Shown here piece by piece: positions 1 through 9,296 of a stretch of DNA of 64,000 nucleotides; the stretch's first letter is position 1; each line of letters begins with the position of its first letter. The notes beneath the pieces were generated by a model. The model was not told the DNA's origin. It saw only the letters and a list, made by a program, of their open reading frames with translations, and ran no database searches. This stretch comes from a virus. Position numbers and translations under genes: made by a program. The stretch spans positions 4,038-68,037 of IMG/VR virus record IMGVR_UViG_3300007960_000002; one strand, written 5' to 3'.

Positions 1-573
1 ACTATCTGCACCTGCTGAAATTGTCCCATCATACCTCACTTGTGCTATTAAACCATTAATAGCTGACTCTCTCTTAGAGTAGATAAGGTATTGCCTTAGT
101 AGAGGACCAATACCAACATTTAATGAAGAATAGCTAGATTCTGTGAGTTTAGGTGATGTTTGTATTTTCTTACCATTTTCAAATTTAAAATTATATGTAT
201 CAGGTTCCCATCCTAATTTATCTAATTGTTCTTTTAATTGTACAGTGGAATTAATATTTGGTTCTTCAAATACTACTTTCTGGAATGGCCCTCCGATTAA
301 ATTAGAATTAGGATTAATGTTAAAATAATCACATATCCCTTTAGTTAGTTCCCCATCCTTTTTAAATATTTGTTTTGGTTCTAAACCAGGAGAAACTTTA
401 ACATGTAGATGTGGTCTAATCTCATTATATAATCTTGCTTGTTCTTCCCTAAGGAAATTTACATGTCGATATGCTTGCTGTAAATCAAAATATATTCCAT
501 CAATCTCTTGTTGTGTAATTATTTTAGCTACTTCATGTTCTATCTTGTATGCATTCAACCATGTAAGTTTCAT
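1..573 (-). CDS. DNA polymerase family A (T7 gp5-like), polymerase part; runs off the window start
   Basis: Not in the ORF track. Manual translation from the ATG at 573 gives MKLTWLNAYKIEHEVAKIITQQEIDGIYFD...FEEPNINSTVQLKEQLDKLGWEP...QVRYDGTISAG, resembling the T7-type segment that follows the exonuclease domain (EHxxAxxxxxQExxG; NxxS..QL...L..LGW.P). Confidence 0.85.
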   Translation of the reverse strand, partial: MKLTWLNAYKIEHEVAKIITQQEIDGIYFDLQQAYRHVNFLREEQARLYNEIRPHLHVKVSPGLEPKQIFKKDGELTKGICDYFNINPNSNLIGGPFQKVVFEEPNINSTVQLKEQLDKLGWEPDTYNFKFENGKKIQTSPKLTESSYSSLNVGIGPLLRQYLIYSKRESAINGLIAQVRYDGTISAGADS

Positions 574-820
574 TTATTAACCTAATGTAAAATTCTAAAT
601 CTAATCCATCTAAGAATTCATCCATAATACCCTCAAAAGTATTTTTTTCCTCCCAGTATTTTGTACAAAGTCTTTCAAATTTCATACATAATTCTTCAGG
701 GAATATTTCATCTAATAAATCACTCCATTGAGCAAAGTAATTAAAAGAATACTCTTCAAAATCAGTTAACCAGTACATATATAATATATCTTCTATATTT
801 AATTTAGCAGAGTTATTCAT
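533..820 (-). CDS. Hypothetical protein between the two DNA polymerase genes; carries an LDLEFYIRL motif
   Basis: 95-aa ORF overlapping both neighbouring genes. Confidence 0.6.
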   Translation of the reverse strand: MNNSAKLNIEDILYMYWLTDFEEYSFNYFAQWSDLLDEIFPEELCMKFERLCTKYWEEKNTFEGIMDEFLDGLDLEFYIRLINETYMVECIQDRT

Positions 821-1376
821 AATTTATCTCATGGAGTGGATCAGGTATTTCATCTTTTATCTCTGGATAAATATATTTAAGAAACATATCATGATTAATA
901 TCAACATCTGTTTTACATCGAGCAATCATTCCAGAAGAGTATCTCTTCCAATCTAAATCTGGAAGTTTCTTAATACCTAATCTCTCGCCGTAAGCTTCTA
1001 ATGAGTGAGGTTTAACTCTCTTTGGCATACTAGATGGTGATTTAATATCAGGATATAACATTTTACTCCAGATAAAACTATCAATTAACTTTTCATCTGG
1101 AATAGTATAATCAATGGTTATTGATAGCATAGGGTTATCATAACCTACACCATTATGGATAATTATATAATCAAACTGTTCAATTAATTTTGATACTTCA
1201 ATTGGTAAGCCGACATCCTTGTATCTAACAAAATCTTCCAACTCTATCCCTGCCCCATTAGCTGCATCAAAAAGCCAATAGTTATTTGTATTTAATTCTC
1301 TAAAAACCCCACACCAAATTTTAGTTACATCATCTAATAAACCATTAGCTTCAAAGTCACCAACTAATACCTTCAT
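813..1376 (-). CDS. Stand-alone 3'-5' proofreading exonuclease domain of a T7-like DNA polymerase
   Basis: ExoI DFEANGL, ExoII HNGVGYD, HSLEAYGERLG and ExoIII-like RCKTDV motifs. Confidence 0.9.
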   Translation of the reverse strand: MKVLVGDFEANGLLDDVTKIWCGVFRELNTNNYWLFDAANGAGIELEDFVRYKDVGLPIEVSKLIEQFDYIIIHNGVGYDNPMLSITIDYTIPDEKLIDSFIWSKMLYPDIKSPSSMPKRVKPHSLEAYGERLGIKKLPDLDWKRYSSGMIARCKTDVDINHDMFLKYIYPEIKDEIPDPLHEINYE

Positions 1377-1638
1377 GTTCCAGCCTCACTATATCTTCTA
1401 ATTCTAAAGATTCTTTATATTTTTTGTATAAAGTTTCTGGTATTTTTAATACATATACTTGAAATTGGAAATCAGGTAAATATTGTTCACTGGCTATCAA
1501 ATCTATATCACCCCAAACATTATTTATTATATCCCAATTTTTATTATATTTTTTTAAAAAATAATAAGATTTATCTTCTAATTTACCCCCATTAACAGAA
1601 TTACAATAAATATAAATATTTTGTTTTAATGATCCCAT
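1357..1638 (-). CDS. Hypothetical protein (C-terminal LELEDIVRL motif)
   Basis: ORF tightly packed in the operon. Confidence 0.55.
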   Translation of the reverse strand: MGSLKQNIYIYCNSVNGGKLEDKSYYFLKKYNKNWDIINNVWGDIDLIASEQYLPDFQFQVYVLKIPETLYKKYKESLELEDIVRLEHEGISW

Positions 1639-2006
1639 TTTATAACCCCATTATCAATGGAATGATATACCTCTTTGACACCACTATCCTTAATAAGTTC
1701 CCTACAAATTTCACATGGAGCAGAATTCATGAGTTTATTTCTACTATTTATTCTAACAACCACGAGGTAATAAGGGGCTTGAGATTTTCTTAGGGCATCT
1801 ACTTCAGCATGAGTATACGTTTTATCTGGCTTTCCTACTTTCTTAGCATACATCCTTTGTATCCAACTGCTCCCTTTATTATTGTACCCTACATTTAATA
1901 CATTACCACGTCTATCCAATGTAACAGCACAATGCTTATGTGAATGGGGAGAACACTCTGCTTGTTCTACTGCTAATTGGACAGCCTTAGTAATGTATTT
2001 ATTCAT
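1626..2006 (-). CDS. Cytidine/dCMP deaminase-family protein
   Basis: HAE and PCxxC (PCEIC) zinc-binding motifs. Confidence 0.85.
   Translation of the reverse strand: MNKYITKAVQLAVEQAECSPHSHKHCAVTLDRRGNVLNVGYNNKGSSWIQRMYAKKVGKPDKTYTHAEVDALRKSQAPYYLVVVRINSRNKLMNSAPCEICRELIKDSGVKEVYHSIDNGVIKWDH
1674..1701 (-). promoter_or_regulatory. Candidate intragenic ECF/sigmaE-type promoter upstream of the DNA polymerase genes
   Basis: Minus strand reads GGAACTT-N16-TCAAA. Confidence 0.45.
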
Positions 2007-2209
2007 TTACTTAACTCTTCAATAACAATATATGATAGGAGTAAATCAAAGCTTCGTTGTTTTCCTTTCATTTTTACTTCTCTATAATATTTTGTCATTG
2101 CTTTAAAATACCTTCCAAACATAAATGCTTTAGGGAAACCTGTTATTTGAGGTAGAGTAATATCCTCATATGCATATCTCCTTAAAACATGTTCTTCATA
2201 TTTAGTCAT
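2003..2209 (-). CDS. Hypothetical protein (ends YIVIEELSK)
   Basis: ATGA-coupled ORF. Confidence 0.6.
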   Translation of the reverse strand: MTKYEEHVLRRYAYEDITLPQITGFPKAFMFGRYFKAMTKYYREVKMKGKQRSFDLLLSYIVIEELSK

Positions 2210-2667
2210 TTCATCATTTCTTTTATAACTTCATCAAATTGTTTCATTTTCCCATTAACTGAATCTTGTATCATTAAATCAATTTCTTTTTCAATATAAC
2301 TATTAAGTGATGAGTTAATTTTTCTCTCAATTAAATCATTAACCCTTTTTTGCATAGACTTTTTCATCCCTTGAGTTAATACTAATTGTAATTCTGTTTG
2401 TTCCCATTCCTTGACAGCTTTCTCAGCTATATGAGATAGTCTATCTCCAATAGGAGAATTCCCGGCTCTCCCATTACAATGATCTAACTTCCATGTTCGG
2501 TTTCCCCACACATTCTGATCAAAACCTAATACTTTACGAAGTATTTCTTGTTCTGACTTTTTAATTTCTTTTAAAAAATTATCTTGAATTTTAGTAGTTG
2601 GGTTATCTTTAAAGTATTTTTCTTTTGCTGCTTCAATAGCATCACGAATATCTAATAAGTCATTCAT
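2206..2667 (-). CDS. Hypothetical phage protein
   Basis: 153-aa ORF, ATGA-coupled. Confidence 0.65.
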   Translation of the reverse strand: MNDLLDIRDAIEAAKEKYFKDNPTTKIQDNFLKEIKKSEQEILRKVLGFDQNVWGNRTWKLDHCNGRAGNSPIGDRLSHIAEKAVKEWEQTELQLVLTQGMKKSMQKRVNDLIERKINSSLNSYIEKEIDLMIQDSVNGKMKQFDEVIKEMMK

Positions 2668-2924
2668 AGTTTCATCTCATTCATAACAAGCCAAGCTTTA
2701 TATGCATCTTCTTGATCAGGTGGAACATAATATTTAAAACTCTTTACTGTTTTATGGCTAGCAAAGCCTAATGTTTGTCCATTCTGATCAATAATTGCAA
2801 ATCTAGCATGACCATGTTGATTAGATATAGTCTCTATAAATATTGCTTTAGTTTGTTTAAGATTATTTTTAATAAATCTTTTTAGGTTACTCATCAATAT
2901 GTACTGTTTCGCCAAAAGGAACAT
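2664..2924 (-). CDS. Hypothetical protein (ends AWLVMNEMKL); true start possibly the downstream MSNLK
   Basis: Coupled ORF. Confidence 0.6.
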   Translation of the reverse strand: MFLLAKQYILMSNLKRFIKNNLKQTKAIFIETISNQHGHARFAIIDQNGQTLGFASHKTVKSFKYYVPPDQEDAYKAWLVMNEMKL

Positions 2925-4143
2925 TATAACCCCTAGTTTTAGTTACCCACAAAACTGGATAATCAGGTTCTATTTCAGGGAAACCACCATACAAATCAGT
3001 AAAATAAAGTACAAATGCTGGCTGTCTATCTTGTTCTTCTACCCACTTAAAGAAAGGTTTAAAGCTAGTCCCACCACCACCTTTAGGGGTTAATTTAATA
3101 GGACTGTCTTCAGATGTAAATGTTTCAGTACCAGCTACACCATAATCAGTATATACAAATGTTGCTTCTGTATTAAATGTATTAAGAATACCTTCTACTT
3201 CAGCAGCTCCATCTTTTTGATCTTGAAGACTCATACTACCAGAAGTATCAAAACCAATATAAATAGGAGGGAGTGTTTCACCAGAATATGCAGGCAAGGC
3301 AAAATCAAATGATCCATAACGACGATTACGTTTTTTCCATGTATAATCATCATATGATTGCATAATCTGGGTCATATACAATGCAAGTTGTTGTCTCCAA
3401 TCAACCTTTGGTTCTGATAAATCTTTAATCAACCATTCCATATCAGCGGTAAGCAGCCCAGCATCCTTTGCCATCTTAGCTGCCCTTACTGCCTCAATAG
3501 CAGTTGATTCCATTGCTTTTGTGATACGTTCTTCATATTCTTCGTTAGATTCACCTTGTCCTTGTTGTGGAGCTAATACCATATCCTCAAAATTGTCACC
3601 ATTTCCATTACCGCTTTGGCTCTGTCCATCTCCTTGTTGCTGCTGTTGCTGGTCTAAAAGCTTATTATAAATCTTCTCAGCTCCCATTTTATATGTATAC
3701 TTTTTATCCAACAGCGCTTGCTTAGGACATTTTGGAGCTTCATCAGACCAATTTTTATATCCTTTACGTTTCCATAATTCAATAATGCCAGGGATATAAA
3801 TAGTTTCCAATCCATCATTAAGAGAAAAATCTGCTGATACATTCCATAGTAACGGATCTCTTTTCCCTAAACGAAGAGAATGCATAAGAGCAATATGTTC
3901 TCCTTCATGAAGAATAACAAAATCTAACTCTTGAGGGGAAAGACTATTTACAAAATCTTCATCATAGTAAATATTAAAATGGTCAGTAGCCATAGTTTTT
4001 GGCTTACCAGTAGCTTCAAATTGCTTTTCAACCCAAGTACCCTTCATATTAATAAAGGATTTTGGGATAATAAAAGGAGCTTTACCAGGATGTCTACGAA
4101 AAATCCTAGCTTTTGATTGCGTAATCGGGTCATATTTAGACAT
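2887..4143 (-). CDS. HExxH metallopeptidase plus C-terminal VWA-like domain protein (DUF2201 type)
   Basis: HEGEH motif, WNVSAD, poly-Q/G linker, MIDAS DTSGS, GGGGTSF, YFTDLYG. Confidence 0.85.
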   Translation of the reverse strand: MSKYDPITQSKARIFRRHPGKAPFIIPKSFINMKGTWVEKQFEATGKPKTMATDHFNIYYDEDFVNSLSPQELDFVILHEGEHIALMHSLRLGKRDPLLWNVSADFSLNDGLETIYIPGIIELWKRKGYKNWSDEAPKCPKQALLDKKYTYKMGAEKIYNKLLDQQQQQQGDGQSQSGNGNGDNFEDMVLAPQQGQGESNEEYEERITKAMESTAIEAVRAAKMAKDAGLLTADMEWLIKDLSEPKVDWRQQLALYMTQIMQSYDDYTWKKRNRRYGSFDFALPAYSGETLPPIYIGFDTSGSMSLQDQKDGAAEVEGILNTFNTEATFVYTDYGVAGTETFTSEDSPIKLTPKGGGGTSFKPFFKWVEEQDRQPAFVLYFTDLYGGFPEIEPDYPVLWVTKTRGYNVPFGETVHIDE

Positions 4144-4153
4144 AATAAACTCC

Positions 4154-5011
4154 TTAGAAAATCAAACCCATGTCATTTTCAACCTGTTGAAACCTTCGTT
4201 GAATTGTATCCTTTGCTCCAGGTACTTCACGAAGTTCTTCAGGTGAATATGTATTAAGGATTTCCTTAATTTCATCAGAGAATTGACGTAAGCTAAAATC
4301 ATCAGTTACGTCATTTTCATGAATATTATCTACAAATTCATGAATTTTATTGAAAGATCGCTTATTTATCCTATCCCCATTCTCTAAAACACTCACCATT
4401 TTAGTGACAAGTTCAGTCAATGTATCCCGCATATATGACCGTAGTTCCCTGTCCTTCACTTCTTGTGTACGTCTTAGCTCAGATAGGATAAATTCTTCTG
4501 TTTCCTTTTCTACTTTACCAATAAAAGACCCAGGTTCAATCTCTTCTAAAAGAATATCCATATCCCAACTATTACTAAATTCTTCAGGGGTAGGATAGTT
4601 AATGTCTCTAGAGAGTTCACCATTTAGATTAACTTCTTCATCCATAATATCATCATATTTCTCAGTGTATTCTTTTACAGCTTGAGATTTAAGATGATTA
4701 AATGTAGCTTTATGATTATTTACAGCATCAAATAAATCCTCCCACTTCTTTGAATTAACAAGCCATGCACCAGGACAGAAATCAGGAGCTGTAGCAACCT
4801 TATTGATATGATTGCGTGTAGCTGCTAATTCTGCCCTCAGAGCTTTAATGATTTGATTATTAGACCAACGCTTAACAGATACACTAGCCTGATTGTTTAC
4901 GGCACCACTAACAAGTTCTAAATCTCTAGCTTGCTTCTTATTTTGAGCTGTTATGGCTGGAGCTTTAGTCTTCAGGATAACACGAATATGTGAATCAGAG
5001 ATTTTAGTCAT
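4154..5011 (-). CDS. Helical protein of the AAA/VWA module (DUF3150-like)
   Basis: 285-aa ORF between the AAA ATPase and the VWA-peptidase; YPTPEEF motif. Confidence 0.55.
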   Translation of the reverse strand: MTKISDSHIRVILKTKAPAITAQNKKQARDLELVSGAVNNQASVSVKRWSNNQIIKALRAELAATRNHINKVATAPDFCPGAWLVNSKKWEDLFDAVNNHKATFNHLKSQAVKEYTEKYDDIMDEEVNLNGELSRDINYPTPEEFSNSWDMDILLEEIEPGSFIGKVEKETEEFILSELRRTQEVKDRELRSYMRDTLTELVTKMVSVLENGDRINKRSFNKIHEFVDNIHENDVTDDFSLRQFSDEIKEILNTYSPEELREVPGAKDTIQRRFQQVENDMGLIF

Positions 5012-5274
5012 CTATCTAATTCCTCTTTTAAAATAATAAATTTATAATCATCAATGTATTTTCTTAATACATCTTTAAATGAGTTATTGTGAATTATCTC
5101 ATGATCTAATTCACGATCATTAGATGGAAAATAAAACCTACTTCCCAATTCTCCTGGCTCTAATAAATATACTCCATTATATAATGTTACAGAGATATCA
5201 TTCCAATTTTCTGTTTTTAAAATAAGATCATAATATTTTTTAAACTTTCTTATTTTACTTAATGGAATTTTCAT
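5008..5274 (-). CDS. Hypothetical protein (ends FIILKEELDR)
   Basis: ATGA-coupled ORF. Confidence 0.55.
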   Translation of the reverse strand: MKIPLSKIRKFKKYYDLILKTENWNDISVTLYNGVYLLEPGELGSRFYFPSNDRELDHEIIHNNSFKDVLRKYIDDYKFIILKEELDR

Positions 5275-6398
5275 AGGCCAGACAATCCAGCAATATCAGC
5301 ACCATGATTAAGCGCCCACTTCTTAAAATCTTTGGTAATAAGTTTACCATCCTTCTTACTTACACCAGACATAATCATCCATTGCTGTTCACCAGGAAGA
5401 CGAATAACATACTCGATTAAATTAGGAAGAGTTTCAGGGGTAGCACGAGAAACAAGAGCAGCACATAGCATATATACAATACCCATCTGATGAGGCTTAG
5501 GGATAGCTGCTTGCTTAGGACGTTTGATACAATCATCAGGATCAAGACCTTCCCAAAGATCAGCAGTTTCAAGAAAGACCTTCATCTTTAAAGCTGCTTC
5601 TTGTCCCACCATTCCAGCAACTCGACGAAGCTCTTGCTTTTTATCATGAGGAGATTGAAGATAGTTAGATACATAAGTCCAAGCACGATGTGAAGGAAAA
5701 GCACCAATCTTCTCTTTCTTCAATTTTGCAGGATCATATTTGTGAAGAAAATCAGGTTCAGATTCTAGAAACTTCAATACATAAGGACTAATATTGTGAG
5801 GAATAGCATAGTTATGTAGCCAACCTTGACCATCACCAGTATCAAAGGGGTTCTTGACTTCCATTACATGAAGACGGTTCCAAAACTGAGTAGGGAATCC
5901 ACCAGCACTAGCACCACTGCCAGAAAAGTTACCAGCACCAATGATGGTCCAACCAATGGGAAGTTCAATATCACCAATCTTATGTTCCGACATCCACTGA
6001 GACATAGATGCTTTCATGAGAGGAGCAGCATCAGCCACTTCATCACAGAAAACAATTCCACGTTCATTTTCTCGAATAAGGTTAGCAATCTCATGAGGAG
6101 GGAGATAGCGAGTAGTTACATTTCCTTCCTTGTCTTCAAACTTGAAAGGAAGACCACGGGCATCAGTAGGATCAGCCTGACTAGCAATGAAAACAATAAC
6201 AGGAACAGGTTCATTATACTTTTTAGACAGTTCCTTAGCTGCCTGATGAACTGCTGCAGTCTTACCCATACCAGGATCAGATACTAGATAAAGGGTACCA
6301 ACAGATTCCCCAGGATAATGTTGTTTCATTTCATATTCAGTAATAATTTCTTTGATGGTTTCTTGAATATTAAAGGGGGCGAATACGTCATGGGACAT
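5271..6398 (-). CDS. MoxR-like AAA+ ATPase
   Basis: Walker A DPGMGKT, Walker B IVFCDE, sensor GAGN, arginine finger NRL, sensor II PSHRAW. Confidence 0.85.
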   Translation of the reverse strand: MSHDVFAPFNIQETIKEIITEYEMKQHYPGESVGTLYLVSDPGMGKTAAVHQAAKELSKKYNEPVPVIVFIASQADPTDARGLPFKFEDKEGNVTTRYLPPHEIANLIRENERGIVFCDEVADAAPLMKASMSQWMSEHKIGDIELPIGWTIIGAGNFSGSGASAGGFPTQFWNRLHVMEVKNPFDTGDGQGWLHNYAIPHNISPYVLKFLESEPDFLHKYDPAKLKKEKIGAFPSHRAWTYVSNYLQSPHDKKQELRRVAGMVGQEAALKMKVFLETADLWEGLDPDDCIKRPKQAAIPKPHQMGIVYMLCAALVSRATPETLPNLIEYVIRLPGEQQWMIMSGVSKKDGKLITKDFKKWALNHGADIAGLSGL

Positions 6399-6502
6399 TT
6401 GATTATCTCCAATAATAAGGTTTATATGTACTAAAACATGCAGAAGAAATCCATATATAGGATTCTTCTTTAGACATAGGGTTAAGTTCTTCTAAAATAG
6501 AA

Positions 6503-6841
6503 TCAAGTTTCTTCTGTGCTGCTTTCTCCTGCTTCACTCTTTTCTTGAAATACTTCCCTTGCTTTTTCTGTAACCGCCGTTCCATCAGCGAGACGTTGTA
6601 ATGACCCTGGATCTTTTTCAAGTTGCACCTTCACTAGATAACCTAATGATGAAGCCATCATTTCAATAAGAAATTGTTGTTTTTTATGTAAATCTTGTAC
6701 ATAATCTGCAACAATCATGGCTGGTAGTAAAACAATTATCATAAAACCAGCAGGATTATAAAATAATGTTACAACAACAGCTAACCAAAACAAAGCTGTT
6801 ACAGGATTTCTAAAGAAAAAGTTAAATAAAAATTGTTTCAT
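6503..6841 (-). CDS. Putative membrane protein
   Basis: Two hydrophobic segments at the N-terminus. Confidence 0.6.
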   Translation of the reverse strand: MKQFLFNFFFRNPVTALFWLAVVVTLFYNPAGFMIIVLLPAMIVADYVQDLHKKQQFLIEMMASSLGYLVKVQLEKDPGSLQRLADGTAVTEKAREVFQEKSEAGESSTEET

Positions 6842-6887
6842 AATTTACTCCAAGGTGAAAATAGAATAAGAAGAATCACTAGACTAA

Positions 6888-7796
6888 TTAATCCTGCCAT
6901 AAACAATTGTATACCCTCCATCCACCAGGAATTGCTTTAGTTAATAGACCGTACAATTTACCATCTTTAATATAAGGTGTAATACCTTTAGTTTTTTGTG
7001 GAACATGCAAAACAGATTCAATTTTAAATCTAAAATCATTTCCTAAAACTTGTGTAGTTATATTCTTTGGTATCCACTTGTCAGTTGATGTACAAATACC
7101 TTTCCAATTATAATTAATACAGTGGGGAAATAAAGCTTTATTAATATTTGGGAATAACTCTAGTATATTCCCTTCTTTATCTCTAAAGAATTTCCATTCA
7201 GCATTAATAAGATTTTCTTGTGGTGTATACATACCTGATAGCTTAACACCATAGCCATCTGAATAAATAACCCATCGTTGAAATTTTCCTTCCCTTTCAA
7301 CCCTAAATAAGGAAATGCCACTAGCAACTACTCTTTTATTATTTTTATATTCTTCTGGTTCCCCAAATAAGTCTGTAAACTGCCAAGGTTTTCCATCCAC
7401 TTTAACGATTAATGTAGGAACTGATTCCCATGTCCCACTGTAATAATCATCAATAACTGTTGCAGCTACAACAATTTGTCTTGCTGTATCAAATCTAAAT
7501 GCTGTTGGTCTAGAGAAACATTGATGATTTCCTCTAGATGGTTTAATAATGGATGTATTAAATACTGTTCGCCAGGGTCCATTATCCAATTTATGTTGAA
7601 TAGGTTTTTGTGAATGAGCTGTAGCTCCCTCTGGACATAAGTTTCTAAAAACTTGTGTATTACATTTACCACTGGGAAAACATTGTATAATATGACTAGG
7701 ATACCCAGCATTCATTTCAGTGTCTTTACAATTCACCCACTCAGCATTAGTTAAGAAAGAAACAACCATTAACACCAAACCAATTAAGTATTTCAT
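6888..7796 (-). CDS. Exported Cys-rich protein of unknown function
   Basis: Sec-like signal peptide MKYLIGLVLMVVSFLTNA; several paired cysteines. Confidence 0.7.
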   Translation of the reverse strand: MKYLIGLVLMVVSFLTNAEWVNCKDTEMNAGYPSHIIQCFPSGKCNTQVFRNLCPEGATAHSQKPIQHKLDNGPWRTVFNTSIIKPSRGNHQCFSRPTAFRFDTARQIVVAATVIDDYYSGTWESVPTLIVKVDGKPWQFTDLFGEPEEYKNNKRVVASGISLFRVEREGKFQRWVIYSDGYGVKLSGMYTPQENLINAEWKFFRDKEGNILELFPNINKALFPHCINYNWKGICTSTDKWIPKNITTQVLGNDFRFKIESVLHVPQKTKGITPYIKDGKLYGLLTKAIPGGWRVYNCLWQD

Positions 7797-7838
7797 TATT
7801 ATTTATCCCTTAAATGCACATCCATGTGCTATTATTTA

Positions 7839-8078
7839 TTACCAATTAACCTCTTCCCAATAACCATTAACATGATTAAATGTATCTACTTCATCACAAT
7901 CTTCTTTCTTTGCTAGATAAGAAACATCCTCATAAGGACAATAATCTACCCATACATAATCACTACTAGGCTGGCCATGATGACCGTAGTAACTCAACCC
8001 GTAGTTACTCGCTGAAACACCACTAACTACACCGCACATAAACATACCAACTGCAAAACCTACCACTGCTTTATACAT
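7839..8078 (-). CDS. Small exported protein
   Basis: Signal-peptide-like N-terminus ending VSA; GAGGA RBS. Confidence 0.6.
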   Translation of the reverse strand: MYKAVVGFAVGMFMCGVVSGVSASNYGLSYYGHHGQPSSDYVWVDYCPYEDVSYLAKKEDCDEVDTFNHVNGYWEEVNW

Positions 8079-8124
8079 CTTAATTTCCTCTAGTTAAGTT
8101 TAATTTCTCCATTCCCTTTAGTAG

Positions 8125-8307
8125 TTATATACTCTGTAATTTTTTATGTGCTACACAGATAGCTTGATAATTAATAACAGGTCTACCTGTCATCTCCACT
8201 ATCTTTTCTCTTGCATGAAAACATTCATCCATCTTATCAAAGATGGCTATGTCATAACTTTCCACTTGATTATTTGTAGCTAATAGTAATACAAGGATAA
8301 ATGTCAT
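8125..8307 (-). CDS. Small exported or membrane protein
   Basis: Hydrophobic N-terminus; two cysteines. Confidence 0.55.
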   Translation of the reverse strand: MTFILVLLLATNNQVESYDIAIFDKMDECFHAREKIVEMTGRPVINYQAICVAHKKLQSI

Positions 8308-8425
8308 TGCTCTTTCCTCTTTGGTACAAACACAATGTACCTAGGTTGCCAAGCTAACAATTTACTATCTTCTACCTTATCCATAAACTGTTTAGCTGTT
8401 TTATAATATATAAGATAATAATACA

Positions 8426-8605
8426 TTATTCTTTCTTTTTAAAACATTCTGGTTTATCAGCAAATACAGCAATGGGCACCTCACTATTGCCCCACCACTT
8501 AGCAGCATTCTTCCTTACATCTGGTGTAAGAGAACGAAAACATTTATCACCTTCAGTACATTTTTTGTAGAATGTACAGAATGTCATATCTTTATAACAA
8601 ATCAT
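8426..8605 (-). CDS. Small Cys-rich phage protein (MICYKDMTFC...)
   Basis: 59-aa ORF found manually with AAGGTG RBS; below the track cutoff. Confidence 0.6.
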   Translation of the reverse strand: MICYKDMTFCTFYKKCTEGDKCFRSLTPDVRKNAAKWWGNSEVPIAVFADKPECFKKKE

Positions 8606-8622
8606 ATATCACCTTTATTAAT

Positions 8623-8700
8623 TGGTCTCCCAGGTAGGACTCGAACCTACGACATGCAGCTTAGAAGGCTGCTGCTCTAATCCAACTGAGCTACTGGGAG
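8623..8700 (-). tRNA. tRNA-Arg (anticodon TCT)
   Basis: Full cloverleaf: CTCCCAG/CTGGGAG acceptor, GCAGC-CTTCTAA-GCTGC anticodon arm, TTCGAGT T-loop, encoded CCA. Confidence 0.95.
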
Positions 8701-8706
8701 CATTAC

Positions 8707-8734
8707 TTAGACAACATATATCAAGAAAAGTTCC
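8707..8734 (-). promoter_or_regulatory. ECF/sigmaE-type promoter driving tRNA-Arg and the exported-protein cluster
   Basis: GGAACTT-TTCTTGATATATGTTG-TCTAA, 6 nt before the tRNA 5' end. Confidence 0.75.
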
Positions 8735-8756
8735 ATAAGAATTTTATTTAACCTTT

Positions 8757-8972
8757 TTATTTCTTATCTCCAGTGAAAACAGTCTTTCCTTCTTTCCCTG
8801 TATAACGATAGCGATTCTTCTTACCATTACATGCCTCTCGTGGAAAGGTATTGTTGGTAGATTTACTATCATTACCCCAATTATCTCTCATTTTACGATT
8901 ATCAAAACGATTGGACCATGCACCAGTCTTCTTATCTTTTGCAGTCTTACCTTTACGATCTACATCAGTCAT
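8757..8972 (-). CDS. Small basic hypothetical protein
   Basis: AGGAG RBS; 71 aa. Confidence 0.55.
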   Translation of the reverse strand: MTDVDRKGKTAKDKKTGAWSNRFDNRKMRDNWGNDSKSTNNTFPREACNGKKNRYRYTGKEGKTVFTGDKK

Positions 8973-9296
8973 TTTATTTCTCCTATTTAACAGAGGATTT
9001 GTTTACTAAAATATATTGTCATTTATATACCCCAACAATACTATTACCTGCAATCAAAGCAGGATTAGAAGTTACTAATCCATCAGTAACTGTGAGATCA
9101 TTTGTCCTTCCATGAAGGAACATTTGTCCCCTATCAGGACCATCCAATACCATACATTTGTGAATCCCTCTAACCTTGTACAGTGGTCCTATGTAAATGT
9201 AGCGTTTTTGCTTGGGAAACATATGATTTCTCCTCAATTCTGAGAGTTGACAAGGTAAAGGAATAGTAGGGTAGTGGGTATCCTTGTTTTTAATAA

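Noticed and set aside
9248-9280. TTGACA as an antisense sigma70 promoter
   Set aside because: No acceptable -10 element at 16-18 bp spacing.
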